A DNA stretch of 57,259 nucleotides, counting the filler, from Basidioascus undulatus (lineage: Eukaryota): assembly GCA_000826855.1 (NCBI GenBank). It is 3 parts of 3 records of this genome, joined end to end, with 100 filler letters (N's around TTAATTAATTAA, not from the genome) between each part and the next. Parts side by side here need not be neighbours in the genome. Positions count along the whole stretch, not along the records: positions 1 to 19,056 come from JTLS01000438.1; 2 more parts are not named here. One strand, given 5' to 3'. How positions within the stretch are numbered: the first letter of the stretch is position 1; every line of letters begins with the position of its first letter. This document shows, piece by piece, positions 1 to 11,792 of the stretch. The notes under the pieces were generated by a model that ran no database searches, had not been told where the DNA came from, and saw only the letters and a program-made list of their open reading frames with translations. The position numbers were made by a program, and so were the translations under genes.

Positions 1-56
1 CTCATTCGTAGACCAATGTACTTATGTGGTCAATGATTTTTCGCTGTTTTTCCCAG

Positions 57-457
57 CCCGCACACCCACCCTCGCGCCGGCATTCAGCGCCTCCCCTCCC
101 CCCCGGCGCCGCCCAGGCTCGACCGCCTCGTCCGTCTCCTCCTCCCGTGCGTCGGCGGCGGCGCGCGCCCCGCAGCTCATGGCCCACTCGCCGGGGAAGG
201 CACTCCCCACAACGACGATCACCAGTACGAGCCCCGCATCGTCCCGCCCTGGGTCGGTGTACGGCGCGCAGGCACAGGGTCAGGTACAGGCGCTGGCGGC
301 GTCGGGGGGTAGCGCCGGGCAGGCGTTCTCGGGACTGGCAAGGAAGAGGAGGGAGATTAGTGAGTTGGGAGGTGGGGACGGCGCGGCGGGCGGTTCGGGA
401 TCGCGGACGCCTGTCGAGGGCCAGGGCGCGACGGAGCTGCTGAGGAAGCTTGCTTGA
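57..457 (+). CDS. Terminal exon of a gene starting upstream of the window; Ser/Ala/Gly/Pro-rich low-complexity C-terminus
   Basis: Pyrimidine tract and CAG acceptor (tttttcccag) ending at 56. Open frame reads ...RTPTLAPAFSASPPPRRRPGS...ATELLRKLA* with TGA at 455-457, and GC drops after the stop. Confidence 0.55.
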
Positions 458-1183
458 TGACCACTTGAAAATTTCGATAACGCAGCTCTTTGTCTGTTGG
501 CTGCTATGCGAGGGATTAACGGGCAGATATGAAAAGGATCGTCTAGGGGTAAGGGGACTAGGCACGCCGGGTTATCTTAAGTCGGTCGATGACCATTGCC
601 GACTCTTCGTAGGTTTCGCAGTTCACCACAGAATCACCTGCAATTTGAACAACTGGCCACCTGAAAGTTGATCTCTAAGATTATAAGAAACTTATTCTGA
701 ACTGGAGCGCTTGCAGTGCTCGCTCTGCCATGTGTCGCGCACTGATTGCAGCGTGTGGTCGGCTAGTTAGTACTGCAACGAGGCATTGGCCTATATTCGA
801 CGCCTTATCATTTAAGATATGTTCCTTAAGCCATTCATTCAAATCAATGAAGACATGGAAACTGCAGACATTTTGAGGCAGGTTTTCAGGCTACACTGCC
901 GGAGCTGGGGCATGTGGGACAAGTTACGTACACCCGACCAGCGACATTGACATGGTCTGCCTGCATGTTAGAAGAACAAGGCCAGCGCAGTTTCCGAAGA
1001 CTTCCCAAAGATTCTACCGCCCTCGTCAGGTGGGCCAGTGGGGCAAATAATGCGTCATTCTTGCACGCGACGGTGCGGTGGACGTCGGCTACTGACTCAC
1101 GCTTCCACTCCATCTTGTCCGCATACCATCATCACCGCTAGTCATCTCTCACATCAATCCTCTCCTTCACCTCCCTTGCCCCA

Positions 1184-2528
1184 ATGCCCACTCTCATCCA
1201 ACTTCCCGTCGAGATCTTGAAGGAGATTCTCTCCTACGCCTTCATCGAGCTTCCCGCACCAGGAGAGACCCTTGATCGGGGCACAAGGTGACGCCACCAG
1301 AGGAAACGACTTTACTCGTATGCCAACACATCACGCCCATCGCAGAGCCTATCTTCTCGAGCTTCGTTGTCATCCAGTCACGCTCTCACCGGGACACCGT
1401 CAGGAAGCACACCATCACCAGCTCGGGCCAGCAGCAGGCCGCTCGTTGCCGCTCGCTCATAATCAAAACTCCGTTTCAGATGCGCTTTATACAGCTGTAC
1501 TGCGCTCTTTCGATAACCTGAGATGCCTCGAGTTCAGCTTCGACTCCTACATGCGGTCACTGAAGAGCGTCAAGACCATGCTTTCGGCTCTTCAATGCCT
1601 CTCACCACATCCCCCACCGGGTGGATTACCCAGATAACGTAATGGACGCGGTTCTTAAAGGCGTAGGCGATATGCTTAACTGTTGGTCATCAAAGGAGGC
1701 CTGCTGGCGGTCAGTCTCAGCTTGGACGACTGGAACTTCCTCTCAAAGCATGTTGGCCTGGATATCTCACACGTCAGCGTCGCCACTTTACGTTTTCCTA
1801 ATACTCTATAAAACTACACCTTATTTGAGTCGATTCTTCAAAATCGCCATTTGACACTCCTTCGTCTCTGCAATCAACTTGACCTTCCTGCATTTGCCCT
1901 GTGCTGAATGGCTCGCTCTTCAGTCCGACTTGAAATCCTTGGGTGTGGATGAAGTCTACAAGAGGGAGGACTGGAAAGTTGACATGAAAGTCGTGCGAGC
2001 AACAAGGACTGAGGACATGGAACTTTCGAGGGGGGGGTGCGCACGGCAGGAGGAAACCATGAGCACGGCGTTTGGACCATCATGTATGGGGGCGGTTGCT
2101 TGGCTCTAAATGTGAACCTTTTTATGGGTACCTTAATGCAAAACGGGTGAAGTGAGACATTCCCTTCTCCTCAAGATCTGTTGCACAGTGTCGGCGGACG
2201 GACTGTGCAGAGGCGCCACTCTCAAGCGTCCTGTGTGTTAGGAATCGCTGGTTGTTCTTGATGACCGTGCTTATACAAAATCAATCTACTTTGCTGGAAG
2301 CGGGAAATACGAGTTCCGCTCCCCTTCTCGAAGATCTTTGCATAGCCCAAGCAGTCGATTGGGGCGTGGCATGGCAATACTACGCTTCGTCTGAGTGCCT
2401 TCACTGCCAGAAGCTGAAGTCTCTTCAGAAAGTCTTTATTTCGGAGTGAGTGGGTTGCCAAAAGTGCTGCGAAGCGGCGCAAGAAAGGTGAACCTCTCAT
2501 GGGCAGTGCAAAACGGGCAAACATCTAA
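1184..2528 (+). pseudogene. Degenerate F-box-like/LRR-like gene
   Basis: ATG 1184 gives MPTLIQLPVEILKEILSYAF (F-box LPxEIL motif). The continuation LLVCQHITPIAEPIFSSFVVI and the LRR-like VLRSFDNLRCLEFSF lie in other frames. Several frameshifts and stops. Confidence 0.7.
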
Positions 2529-2599
2529 GCGTACCTAAGCAGAGGGCCTCAAATTATTCAGAAACAACAACTGAATATTGGAATATTTAGTCCATAAGT

Positions 2600-4089
2600 C
2601 CTCTGCCCCGCTTTTCCCCGCCCAAAGGACGTCCCACTCCTGGTCGAGGCGACGTTCATCCGCCACAAGGCTCCGTCCGCCTCTCGACCTCAATCTTATC
2701 AAACCGGTCCCAAAGCTCTAAAAGCTTTCTCTCAATCCCAATCATCTTGTCGCTCATCTCGTCCAACTCCTCCACAAGCTCGCGCAGCTTGTTGTCGTCA
2801 ACCTCATCGATGCACGGCGTTGTCTTGTCCAACCTCAAGAACTCCCGAGATCCATTCGCTGGCGGACCTGAAGAGAAAACAGCAGGTCGCGGCGAGGAAC
2901 TTCGAAAGCGCTGTGGAGTTGCTTGAATATGCCGACCTCATCGTGCGGCTCTTTGACGCCCTCTCAAATTTCCCCACTTTTCTCGACGTCGATCTTCGCC
3001 TAGAGGTGCCATCCAGCCGTCTTCAGAATTCTACTGCATGGGGGCCCGTGCACGATGGGCAGCCCCTCGAGCATCTCCGGTCGCTTTCAATCGGAGGCGC
3101 GCTCTGGCCCGTCGCGCCGTTCGTAGCCTTCTTCATCGAGCGCTCAATCGCCGCGTCTTCGAGCTCCCTCCGCGCACTGAGTATCACCTCGGAGAGTCCG
3201 TTCTTCACAATCCCATTCCACGTGATCATGCCCCCTTCACCAAACTTTTACGGCCTCACCTCCCTCTCGCTGCGTAAAATCGCTGTCCACTAGCCCCGCG
3301 CCTTACACAATCTCATCATCTCCCACCTCGTCTCCGTCTGCGTCGCGTCCCTCGACGGCCTTTCGCAATCACCACTCTTTCAAGGCCTTCCCTCAACGGC
3401 ACTCCCGCATTTCCGCCATCTGGCATGCAGCATCCCGGACGCATGCGTGCTCCGCTCCGACGCGCGACCTCCGCTGAGCGAACTCGACGCCGCGTGGGGC
3501 GTGGGTCCTAAACACCCTTCGGACCCTGCTCAACCTTGTCGAGCGTGTTAGCTCCCTCTGAGTGCGCTGCGGATGACACCCGACAGCGGGGTTGGTATGC
3601 AGAACGGCTTGCTTGCACTCGCGCCGTGCCTGTACGACTCACTCGAGTATCTTGACTTCCGGGGCGACGCGGCCGGCCGCGGCCTGGAGCAGACACTTAC
3701 GGTGTGTGCGTTTCATCCGATCGTCCGACTCGCCTTGCGTCTTTTCACCTCATCTCGCAAACTGACTTTCCTTGCCGCCTGTGGAGCAGCCCCAGATCCT
3801 CGACGGTGCCTTCGCGCCCTTCACCCGCCTGCGGTGTCTGAACTTTCATCTCCCCCGAACAAACCCCCACGTCCCTATCGATTTCGGGCATCGCTCCCAC
3901 TTCTCCGGAAATGAAGGCGTTCCGCCAGATCCTTCCTCGATCGTGCCCCTCCCTCCGCGTCATTGCAGACAGCCAGATGATTTCCGAAGTCCGATGCGGC
4001 GCGGAGGAAGGTCGGGTAACGATCAGGGAGCTCGGTTCAAAGATGGAGGTGTGATGATGCAGCGCGAAATAAGGCGGCTTACACTTTGA
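2600..4089 (+). pseudogene. Degenerate LRR-type (F-box-associated) gene fragment
   Basis: LRR-like segments PLEHLRSLSIGG, SSSSLRALSITS, FYGLTSLSLRKI, DSLEYLDFRG and FTRLRCLNFH. In-frame TAG at 3291-3293 with coding-like sequence continuing, then a frameshift. No intact start recognised; 5' boundary approximate. Confidence 0.6.
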
Positions 4090-4610
4090 GGGGGGAGTGT
4101 CGTGTGGGAGTCGGGATGGATTGCACTGAGTTGCATGAGCGTTGCGGACAATAAGGAGCGAGGAGGGTATGTTTGTGGCCGTCATTTGCTTTTGCAGCAT
4201 ATAAGTTAGACAGATGAACAAAGGGATGGGAAAGCACCCAAGTCGCGCCGAGTCGAGCTCAATAATATATGGACCTCGACGTTTGATCCTGCCGGCAGAG
4301 GACCTTACGTAGCGGCCCTGTGCAAGCAAACGCCTCGTCACCTTTGCCTCATAGGGACTGGCCAGTATTACTATGAGAGATCGACCAGTGTATCCGCTTT
4401 CTGATTAAAGACGCTACGTCGAACGTCAACCCCCGTGGTGGGGCAATGTCGGTCCGAACACGTTGGTAGCGGCGACTAGGCTGCTTCATGCGTTCAGGTG
4501 GGCCGGAAAATCCATAAGCGCAAGTCCATCGGCATCGTTCCGTAGATAAACGTAAGAGAGCAACAACAAACCCCAGAAAGAAAGAGAAAAGTCAACAAAA
4601 GAAAGTGCCT

Positions 4611-7600
4611 TCACGTCAATGCAGCACCGGATTTCTCGTGCTGTGGCGCGGCAAGCGCGACGTCTTCCACGGCCTGATCCTTGACGCTCCCGCCCTCCGA
4701 GTCGGTCGGAGGAAGACTCATCCTCGCCTTTTGCGCCCGGTGACGCCTGTCGAGGATGCGGACAGCTATTGCGACGACAAGCTTTACCCGGAACACCGTG
4801 TCAGTCTCCGTACAGGCGCCAGGACCCGACTGAAGGACGAGTTACGGAGACGGCACCGCAAACGATCATGGCAATCATGCCCTTTCGGACTGGTTAAAGC
4901 GGGAGGACGTCAGAGTTGAAGTGGCGCTGTGAAAGGCACGGCGATGGCCACCAAAGACGTACAGCGAGGAGCATCGTTAGCTGGGTACAGGAGGATGGAG
5001 TAGAAGGAGTTGAGAACGCCCGACATGACGTTCTGTGCCAGCTCGTCAGTCGCACATCGATTGAACTGGCAGAGCTTGCCGGGCGCGCACCATGCCGGCG
5101 AGGGTGACGCCCCGCTGAAGGTCGTTATCGCATGCCTCGTTTGCCTGTTATGAGCGATCGTGCTCGGCGTCAGCGTTGTTCCCGTTGTTGGGTGCGGAAA
5201 AAGACTCGCCCAGGCGAAGTTGGATCCTTGGCCTGCACGAATCGAACAGTGGGCTCAGTCTACCCATAGGTGATCTGATTAATCTCACCGTTGCGAACGT
5301 ACCGGCATACCCCGCGCCTGCAAGGTAGAACGCGACTGCGAGTCCACGTATCAGCACCCTAATTACCTCGCGAATGAAGCAATACACCCACAAAATTGTA
5401 CTCCCCGAGGCACGTCATACACGAGGAGGATGATCGACGAGATCCACAGGCAGATGACCATGAAGACCTGCGTCGCGCGCCACGTGAGTTTGACTGACAG
5501 TCAACGTTCGTGATACAGGAAAGAAGTGCCACCCACGTTCACGTCGAAGCGGTCTTTCCTCCAATCAGTGTACAGTCCCTGCGCCACAGAGAGGGTCAGC
5601 CGTGAAAAGCAGAAGCTTGCCTAGAAGGCGATCTTACACCAAGAACTGCGCAGACGATCGCGACGGCGGTGAAGCCCTGAGGAAAGACCTCAAGCGTGAG
5701 AAACAGCATCCTCATTTCTGGGAAAGGGACATACAGAAGGCCAGTAGTTCGCCTGCGTGTTTCTCATAGGTTGGTTGGCACTCGCCGTGAAAGGGAAGAG
5801 AAGACATAAAGAAGCGAACCTGGACACGCGAGTATCCGATAGAGGGGTCTCTCATCCTTCCAACAGGAGTGAAACACAAGTTAGCAGAGCACGAGGAGCC
5901 ACAGTTCGCAACGCTCACCAAATGCCCATGAGAGAGTTGATTCCGAACGCTGCGAAAACGACGAATCAGTCTGCACATTCCTCTGCTGCAAAAGGCAGCG
6001 CAGACGTACACTCGAGCATGGACGTGACTGCACCCAAACGTTGTTCAGCGCCGAGCGACAACCATACGGTCCACGGAACGTGCGACGCACCCATGAACAA
6101 GCACCCGAACGCCCAGAACTGCCACGACCTAAAGACGCGGTACAGCGACTTGAGCGTGATCTTCTCCTTGGGCGCCTTGGGCGGCAGGCGCGATACGACG
6201 AGCTTCTTCTCCTCCTCGGTCAGCCAGCGCGCGGTCGTGGTCGCTGGCGTGTCGGGGAACTGCGAAGGGGAGCGAGGATCAGGTGCGCGGGTAAAAGAAA
6301 AGGTTTGAGGGAAACGGACTGTGAAGAAACCGTAGATCGCAATCGGGACAGTGATCAGACAGTCGATTACGAAGAGCCTGAAGCACAGCGAGTACGTTCA
6401 GTATGCGTTGTCTGCTTGCGAGAGAGGTGGGACCTACTCACCACCGCCAGCTTGGAAAGCCTGCGTGACCGTCGATAGTTTCGAGAATCGCCGCTTGCAT
6501 GATGCCGCTGAAGAGGGTGCCCAGCTGTGCAGAGCAAGCGAACAAGGCCTGCAAATCACAACAACCGAGTAAGTGTGCGCCTTCTGCCAGTCTGACCGGG
6601 CTGCATGCGCACCGAACGCTTCCCGAGTTCCGTCCCCTTGTACCATGATCCCAGGATCCAGTGCCCGCCTGTGTGCCCGAGAGAGTGTGAGCGCGCATAA
6701 CTTGCCGTTTCTCAGTCAGGCGCAGACACGTACCGACGAAGGTAGAGCTCTCGGCGATAGCTTCTGATCACGCCATGATGGTGAGACCGCATCTCAGAAT
6801 TGAGCAGGCTAAACAGACCACGCACGGAAGAATCGAATGACCATGATGTGCTTGTAGTCCTTAACGAATGCAGTCAAGAGCGCTGTGAAAGCATCGGGTT
6901 AGAGCGTCGTTTGGGTATTGAAGGACAGGCGGCTTACTGAGGATGCCCCATGTGAGGTTCATGGCTGGAAACCATATCCGCGGCTGAACGACTTGCAGCA
7001 TCAGGCTGCGGGCAGTGGGCGTTAGTTGGGAGAAATGACAGCCGCCGTCGCAGCAGCTCACTTTTGGGGTATTTGGCCTGCCGCGCATAAGGGAGAGAGG
7101 TCAAGATAATACAACTCGAAGATATTGTGGACGAGCTATCTCAACGAACCAATGATGTAGCCAGCTGTTCAGCAACGTCAGCTTACGCGGGTGGAGAAGA
7201 GGGAGCTGGGGTCCTGCGCACCGGTGAAAATGGAATTGATCTGATTCAACTCCTGTATACCGCAGGTGATTAGCAATCCTTATCAACCCCACTTCTGAAA
7301 CGTGCTCCTACATTTCCATACATGCCGAGATCCTAAGTGGCAAGTCACGTAGTCTGAGTGACTGGCTGACAGGACGTTACTGTTAACCACGTACTTCCTT
7401 CATGCCACTGAGAACCGTATGTGTCATTATAAGTGTGGTGTAGAATATCCGAGAGCTGCCTTACGCAAGATAGCTATTACTCAGGTTGGCACGGTCGACT
7501 GGTGGACAAACCTATCAGTCTACCCAGCAACGTCTGACACATCTCGAGCAACGAACGATAATTTGACCAGCTAAGGAAGAAAAGTCAGTTTCAGACCGGC

Positions 7601-7800
7601 ACAATTCTGAAAAAGAACCCACTATGCCAGCATTGCATATGATAGAATGAAGAAATCCTGCAGGAAGACGCAGAGGTGTGTTGAGCGCTGAAGGCGGGTT
7701 GCGGGAGACCTGCACTACCTACGATTTTCCTGACTACCTTCCTCTCCGCCTTCTGTTCAGGTGACATCTTCTTGGAGCTGAAGAGGGCTTTGAACACCAT
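4611..7800 (-). CDS. MFS transporter, anion:cation symporter family, Fen2/Liz1 pantothenate-transporter-like; many short introns and micro-exons
   Basis: Spliced translation: MVFKALFSSKKMSPEQKAERKVVRKI|DFFILSYAMLAY|WSNYL|DRANLSNSYLA|GMKE|DLGMYGN|ELNQINSIF..., VQPRIWFPAMNLTWGILS, EAIAESSTFVG, ILGSWYKGTELGKR, WRW...LFIIDCLITVPIAIYGFF...FPDTPATT. C-terminus KSGAALT* at 4611. Confidence 0.9.
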
Positions 7801-8508
7801 GATTCGGGTATCCTGAAAGGAGAATGGGTGAGGATTGAAAAGCGATGCAGAGCGGGAGGCGGCCAGGGAGATAGCGGAAAGACGAACCGTCACGGTCAGA
7901 CGAAGCTTCACACGGGTATCCGACCAGAATTCCTCGTATCTCGTGGAGCAGTCCCGAGGCCGGGGATCACGAGGCGACAACGAAGCGAGCGAACCTTGTC
8001 AGCTAGCCGAGGATCGCTGAGCCCGAATCCCAACGAAGGAACGTAGATAGTTGGTACGGTGTGAAGAGACGTCAGCACAATACGGAGTGTGATTGAGATG
8101 ATGGCAGAGGCAAGAACAGTCGACTAAATATCGAACGAGTCGATCCAAGGCGTGAGAAAAAATCACGTGGTTTGAACCTCCAGGCCCTGACTGCCGTTTC
8201 AGTCAGCTTACCCACAGCTCTTGAAACGGCTGTAATATATCATAGGAACAACAGCTTATCGTTCATCGCTGGAAATCCACGCTGCAGAGGAGCTCGGCTC
8301 TGAGGCGGCGAGCCGAGGTCGGGGCTGTGCGGACATCGCATAATTACGTCTCCTGACCTGCCCCAATCGCGATTAGACTAGCGCGGTTGCCCTCCTCACA
8401 CTCGCATCTCGATTCGCAGATTATACATCGCACAACTCTCATAGCACTCACATTCGCTATATCAAAGATACTCACCCACTTTCACATACCCAATACTCAC
8501 ATTTCCCC

Positions 8509-11331
8509 ATGTCCTGGAAAGAAGTCGCGGCGTCGAAGCAAGCCGCTCGGCTCGCAGCGATCCCGAAGGAGTGGATCCTCGCTCAACCGCCCTCGGACGA
8601 CGTCAAGGACGTGACGGGCGTTCCGGCTGCGAGCGGTATCCTCACCCCCAAAGAGCTCGAGATCACCGAGACGGAGGTTGTGGGGATTCTGGCTAAGCTC
8701 TCCAAAGGCCAGTGGACCGCTGTCGAGGTCACCACCGCGTTCTGCAAGCGCGCTGCTATCGCACAGCAGCTGGTGCGTTGCTTGTCTCATGTTGCTCTTT
8801 ACCGGAGACCTCATCGCTCTGGAGGTTCATACAGGTCAACTGTTTGACCGAGATTTTTTTCGAAGAGGCGCTCGAGCGGGCCAAGGAGCTCGATGCGTAC
8901 TTCGCTAGGCACCGCAAGCTTGTAGGACCGCTTCATGGCCTGCCAATCAGCATCAAGGACAACTTCAAGATCAAAGGTAGCTTAACATTTTCTGAATCCA
9001 AAGGCTCAGATGTGGGGCTAACGTCTGGCCTGCTCCCTGCAGGCTACGACGCCACCCTCGGCTTCATCAGCTGGTCACATCAGCCTGTTCAGGAAGACTC
9101 GGTTCTGATCCAGTTCGTCTGTCGTAGTCTTGGTCCCTTCTGTCTCCGCTAATAAAATTCGCCCCAGACTTCTCCGTGAAACGGGAGCAGTTCTATACGT
9201 GAAGACGAATGTCCCTGTGCGTGCTGCGCGATAGCCCGTCCCATGCGCCTCCGTTCTTGACGCTCTCCTTGCAGCTGGCTATGATGCGCGCAGAGACTGA
9301 GGTGCGTCTGCTCATAACCCGCGGCTGGTCACGCGCTGATGTGGAATCTGGGTAGAACAACGTCTGGGGCCGTACTTTGAACCCCTACAACCGCTTGCTC
9401 ACCTCCGGTGGGTCGAGTGGTGGAGAGGCGGCCCTTATCGCTTTGAAAGGTGCGTTTTACCCGAAGAACCTTGGCAGAGAGGCTTGCTAAACTACCAGGA
9501 CCCGACAGGCAGTCCGCTGGGCGTGGGCACCGATATCGGCGGTTCTATCCGCATTCCAGCCGTACGCCGCTGTTCCTGCCGAGTGTACGAGCGCTGCCAG
9601 GGCACTGACTGGTACGCACCTATAGTCGTTTGGATACCAATATGGCCTTAGACCTAGCTTCGGCCGTTTCCCTACATACGGTGCCCGAAGCGGTATGCCG
9701 GGCCAAGGTGCGTCTCTTTCGTGCTGCATTAGGCCGCAACGCTTGTTGACCTTCTCTGCGCATGTCCGTAACGCAGAGGCTGTAAACTCGGTGAACGGGT
9801 GAGGAACAGCCGCAATGTCCGTCCACAACTTGCTTCCTGCTGACGTCGTCCGACAGTCCCATGTCTCCCTCTCTCTCCGCCATCGAGGTGCGTGTCCTCC
9901 TTTCCCGCCTCCGTCATTCCTCGCTGACCATCGCCCCCAACCCAGCTCTTTGCCCGCACAGTTGTCTCCTCCCAACCCTGGCTATACGACCCCAAAGTGC
10001 TTCCCATCCCCTGGCGCACAATCTCCCTCCCCGAGAAGCTCTCGTTCGGCCTGATCCGGCACGATGGCAACATCACGCCGCACCCGCCCGTCCGGCGCGC
10101 GCTCGACCGCCTCGTCCGCGCGCTCAAGAACGCCGGGCACGAGATCATCGAGTGGGAGCCGCTCGGACATAAGCGCGGCGCGGAGCTGCTCGCGAAGCAG
10201 TTCTTGGCGGATGGTGGGGAGGTGGGTGATTGCGAGACTGAAGGACGAAGATGCTGGAATGCTGAGATGGTTGGTTGGGAACAGAGCATCAAGAAGCAGT
10301 TCTTCCTGTCAGACGAGGTGGGTTGACCCTTCGCTCCGCTGTTCGCAAGGTGCTAATCAACGCTTCTTAACAGCCTTTACCAGTGAGCTCGCGATCTCAC
10401 AGTCGGTTTGCTTTTCGAGGCTGACAGCAGCTCCAGGCTCAAATGGCCGACTACTTTGCCTCGACTGCGCCCAGCGTCTACGAGGTGCGTCTAGTGCTCT
10501 CCTGCGGTTTCGACAGGCCGCTGAACACGTCTTCCTTTCCAGATGTGGCAGCTCCATCTCGAGCGCAATGCGTGGCAGAAAGAGTACCTCGAGGTAGATC
10601 CGTCCCGTATCTCGACCAGAATCGTCATCGCTGACATTAGTATCACCGTACACAGCATTGGAAGCAGTCCGCAGAGCGGACCTGCACCGCCCGTCCCATC
10701 GACGGCATTCTGTCGCCCACTACGCCCTTTGCCGCTGTCGAGCAGTGCGTACATTAGCGATGGAATATTCCGCAGTGCGATTAGACTGAGAGCTGTTTCA
10801 AATCACAGCGAGAAGTTCCGTTACGTCGGCTAGTGCGTCTGCACTCTTGCTCCCAGCCGAGACCCTGGAGCTGACTTACGCGAGCGTCGAACAGCACTGG
10901 AGTGTGAGCGAACTGCCTTTTCACTCGACCTCCGCTGAAGCTGATTTCCCTTTACTCTGAAGGTGGAACGTCCTAGACTACAGCGCCATCACCTTCCCCG
11001 TCCACCGCGCAGACCCAAAGCTCGACTTCGTCGACAGGGATTTCAAGCCCGTCAGTGAAGACGACGCTGCTATCCAGGCGCTCTGTAAGCTGCGCTTTCC
11101 GACCAGTGCGACATGAACGCGGCCTGACAGAGCGGACCTGCCCTCCCAGACGACCCTCAAGTCTACGCTGGCGGGCCGGTTGGGTTGCAGCTCATCGGCG
11201 GCAGACTGGAGGAGGTTCGTCTGACATGTTCAAATGAACTAAGAGGACTCACTGATAGGGCCTGGTTTCTACAGGAGAAGGTCATTGCGATGGCGGGCGT
11301 TATTGAGAACGCACTGAAAGCCTCGAACTAG
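8509..11331 (+). CDS. Amidase-signature family enzyme (fungal acetamidase/general amidase type), multi-exon
   Basis: MSWKEVAASKQAARLAAIPKEW...TAVEVTTAFCKRAAIAQQL|VNCLTEIFFEEAL...GPLHGLPISIKD (catalytic Lys), GGSSGGEAAL, GVGTDIGGSIRIP (Ser-cisSer-Lys triad), YTGVWNVLDY, PVGLQLIGGRLEEEK. Stop TAG at 11329-11331. Confidence 0.95.
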
Positions 11332-11792
11332 ATGGACATTGCAGCTATTTTTTGGTTTTATATTCACAAGCTCTCAGACGATCTCAGGTTTCCTTGGGAT
11401 CTTCATGCGGCATCTCGAATATATTCCTTAGTTGAGCTTTGTCCGGCAAATCATATGACCAACCTGCCTGTAGGGACCTGGTCATGGGTCGTGAACCGAA
11501 AACGTTCGTTGCCTTGGCAGTGTTCCCTTGCGTCTGCGGCTCTTCAGTATTCTTGCCAGTATAAGGCTGTAACTCGTAAGTAGTCTCCTGCATTTCGCGA
11601 TTCTTCTAGCCTATATGCGGGGACCGTGCGCGCCTTAACGCCATGACGCACGTTTCGCTCCAACTCCCGACAGCAGTACTACGCCTCGTTGGGCCGGCCA
11701 CGGTTCTCTGCGCCCAATACTCACCACACCCACTCAACTACTTTCAGTACCCTGTATCGCATCATTAACAAGACGCTCTCACTTCATTCGAC

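Noticed and set aside
2656..2838. 60-aa coiled-coil-looking ORF on the - strand
   Set aside because: Non-ATG start; antisense shadow of Leu-rich LRR-like sequence on the + strand.
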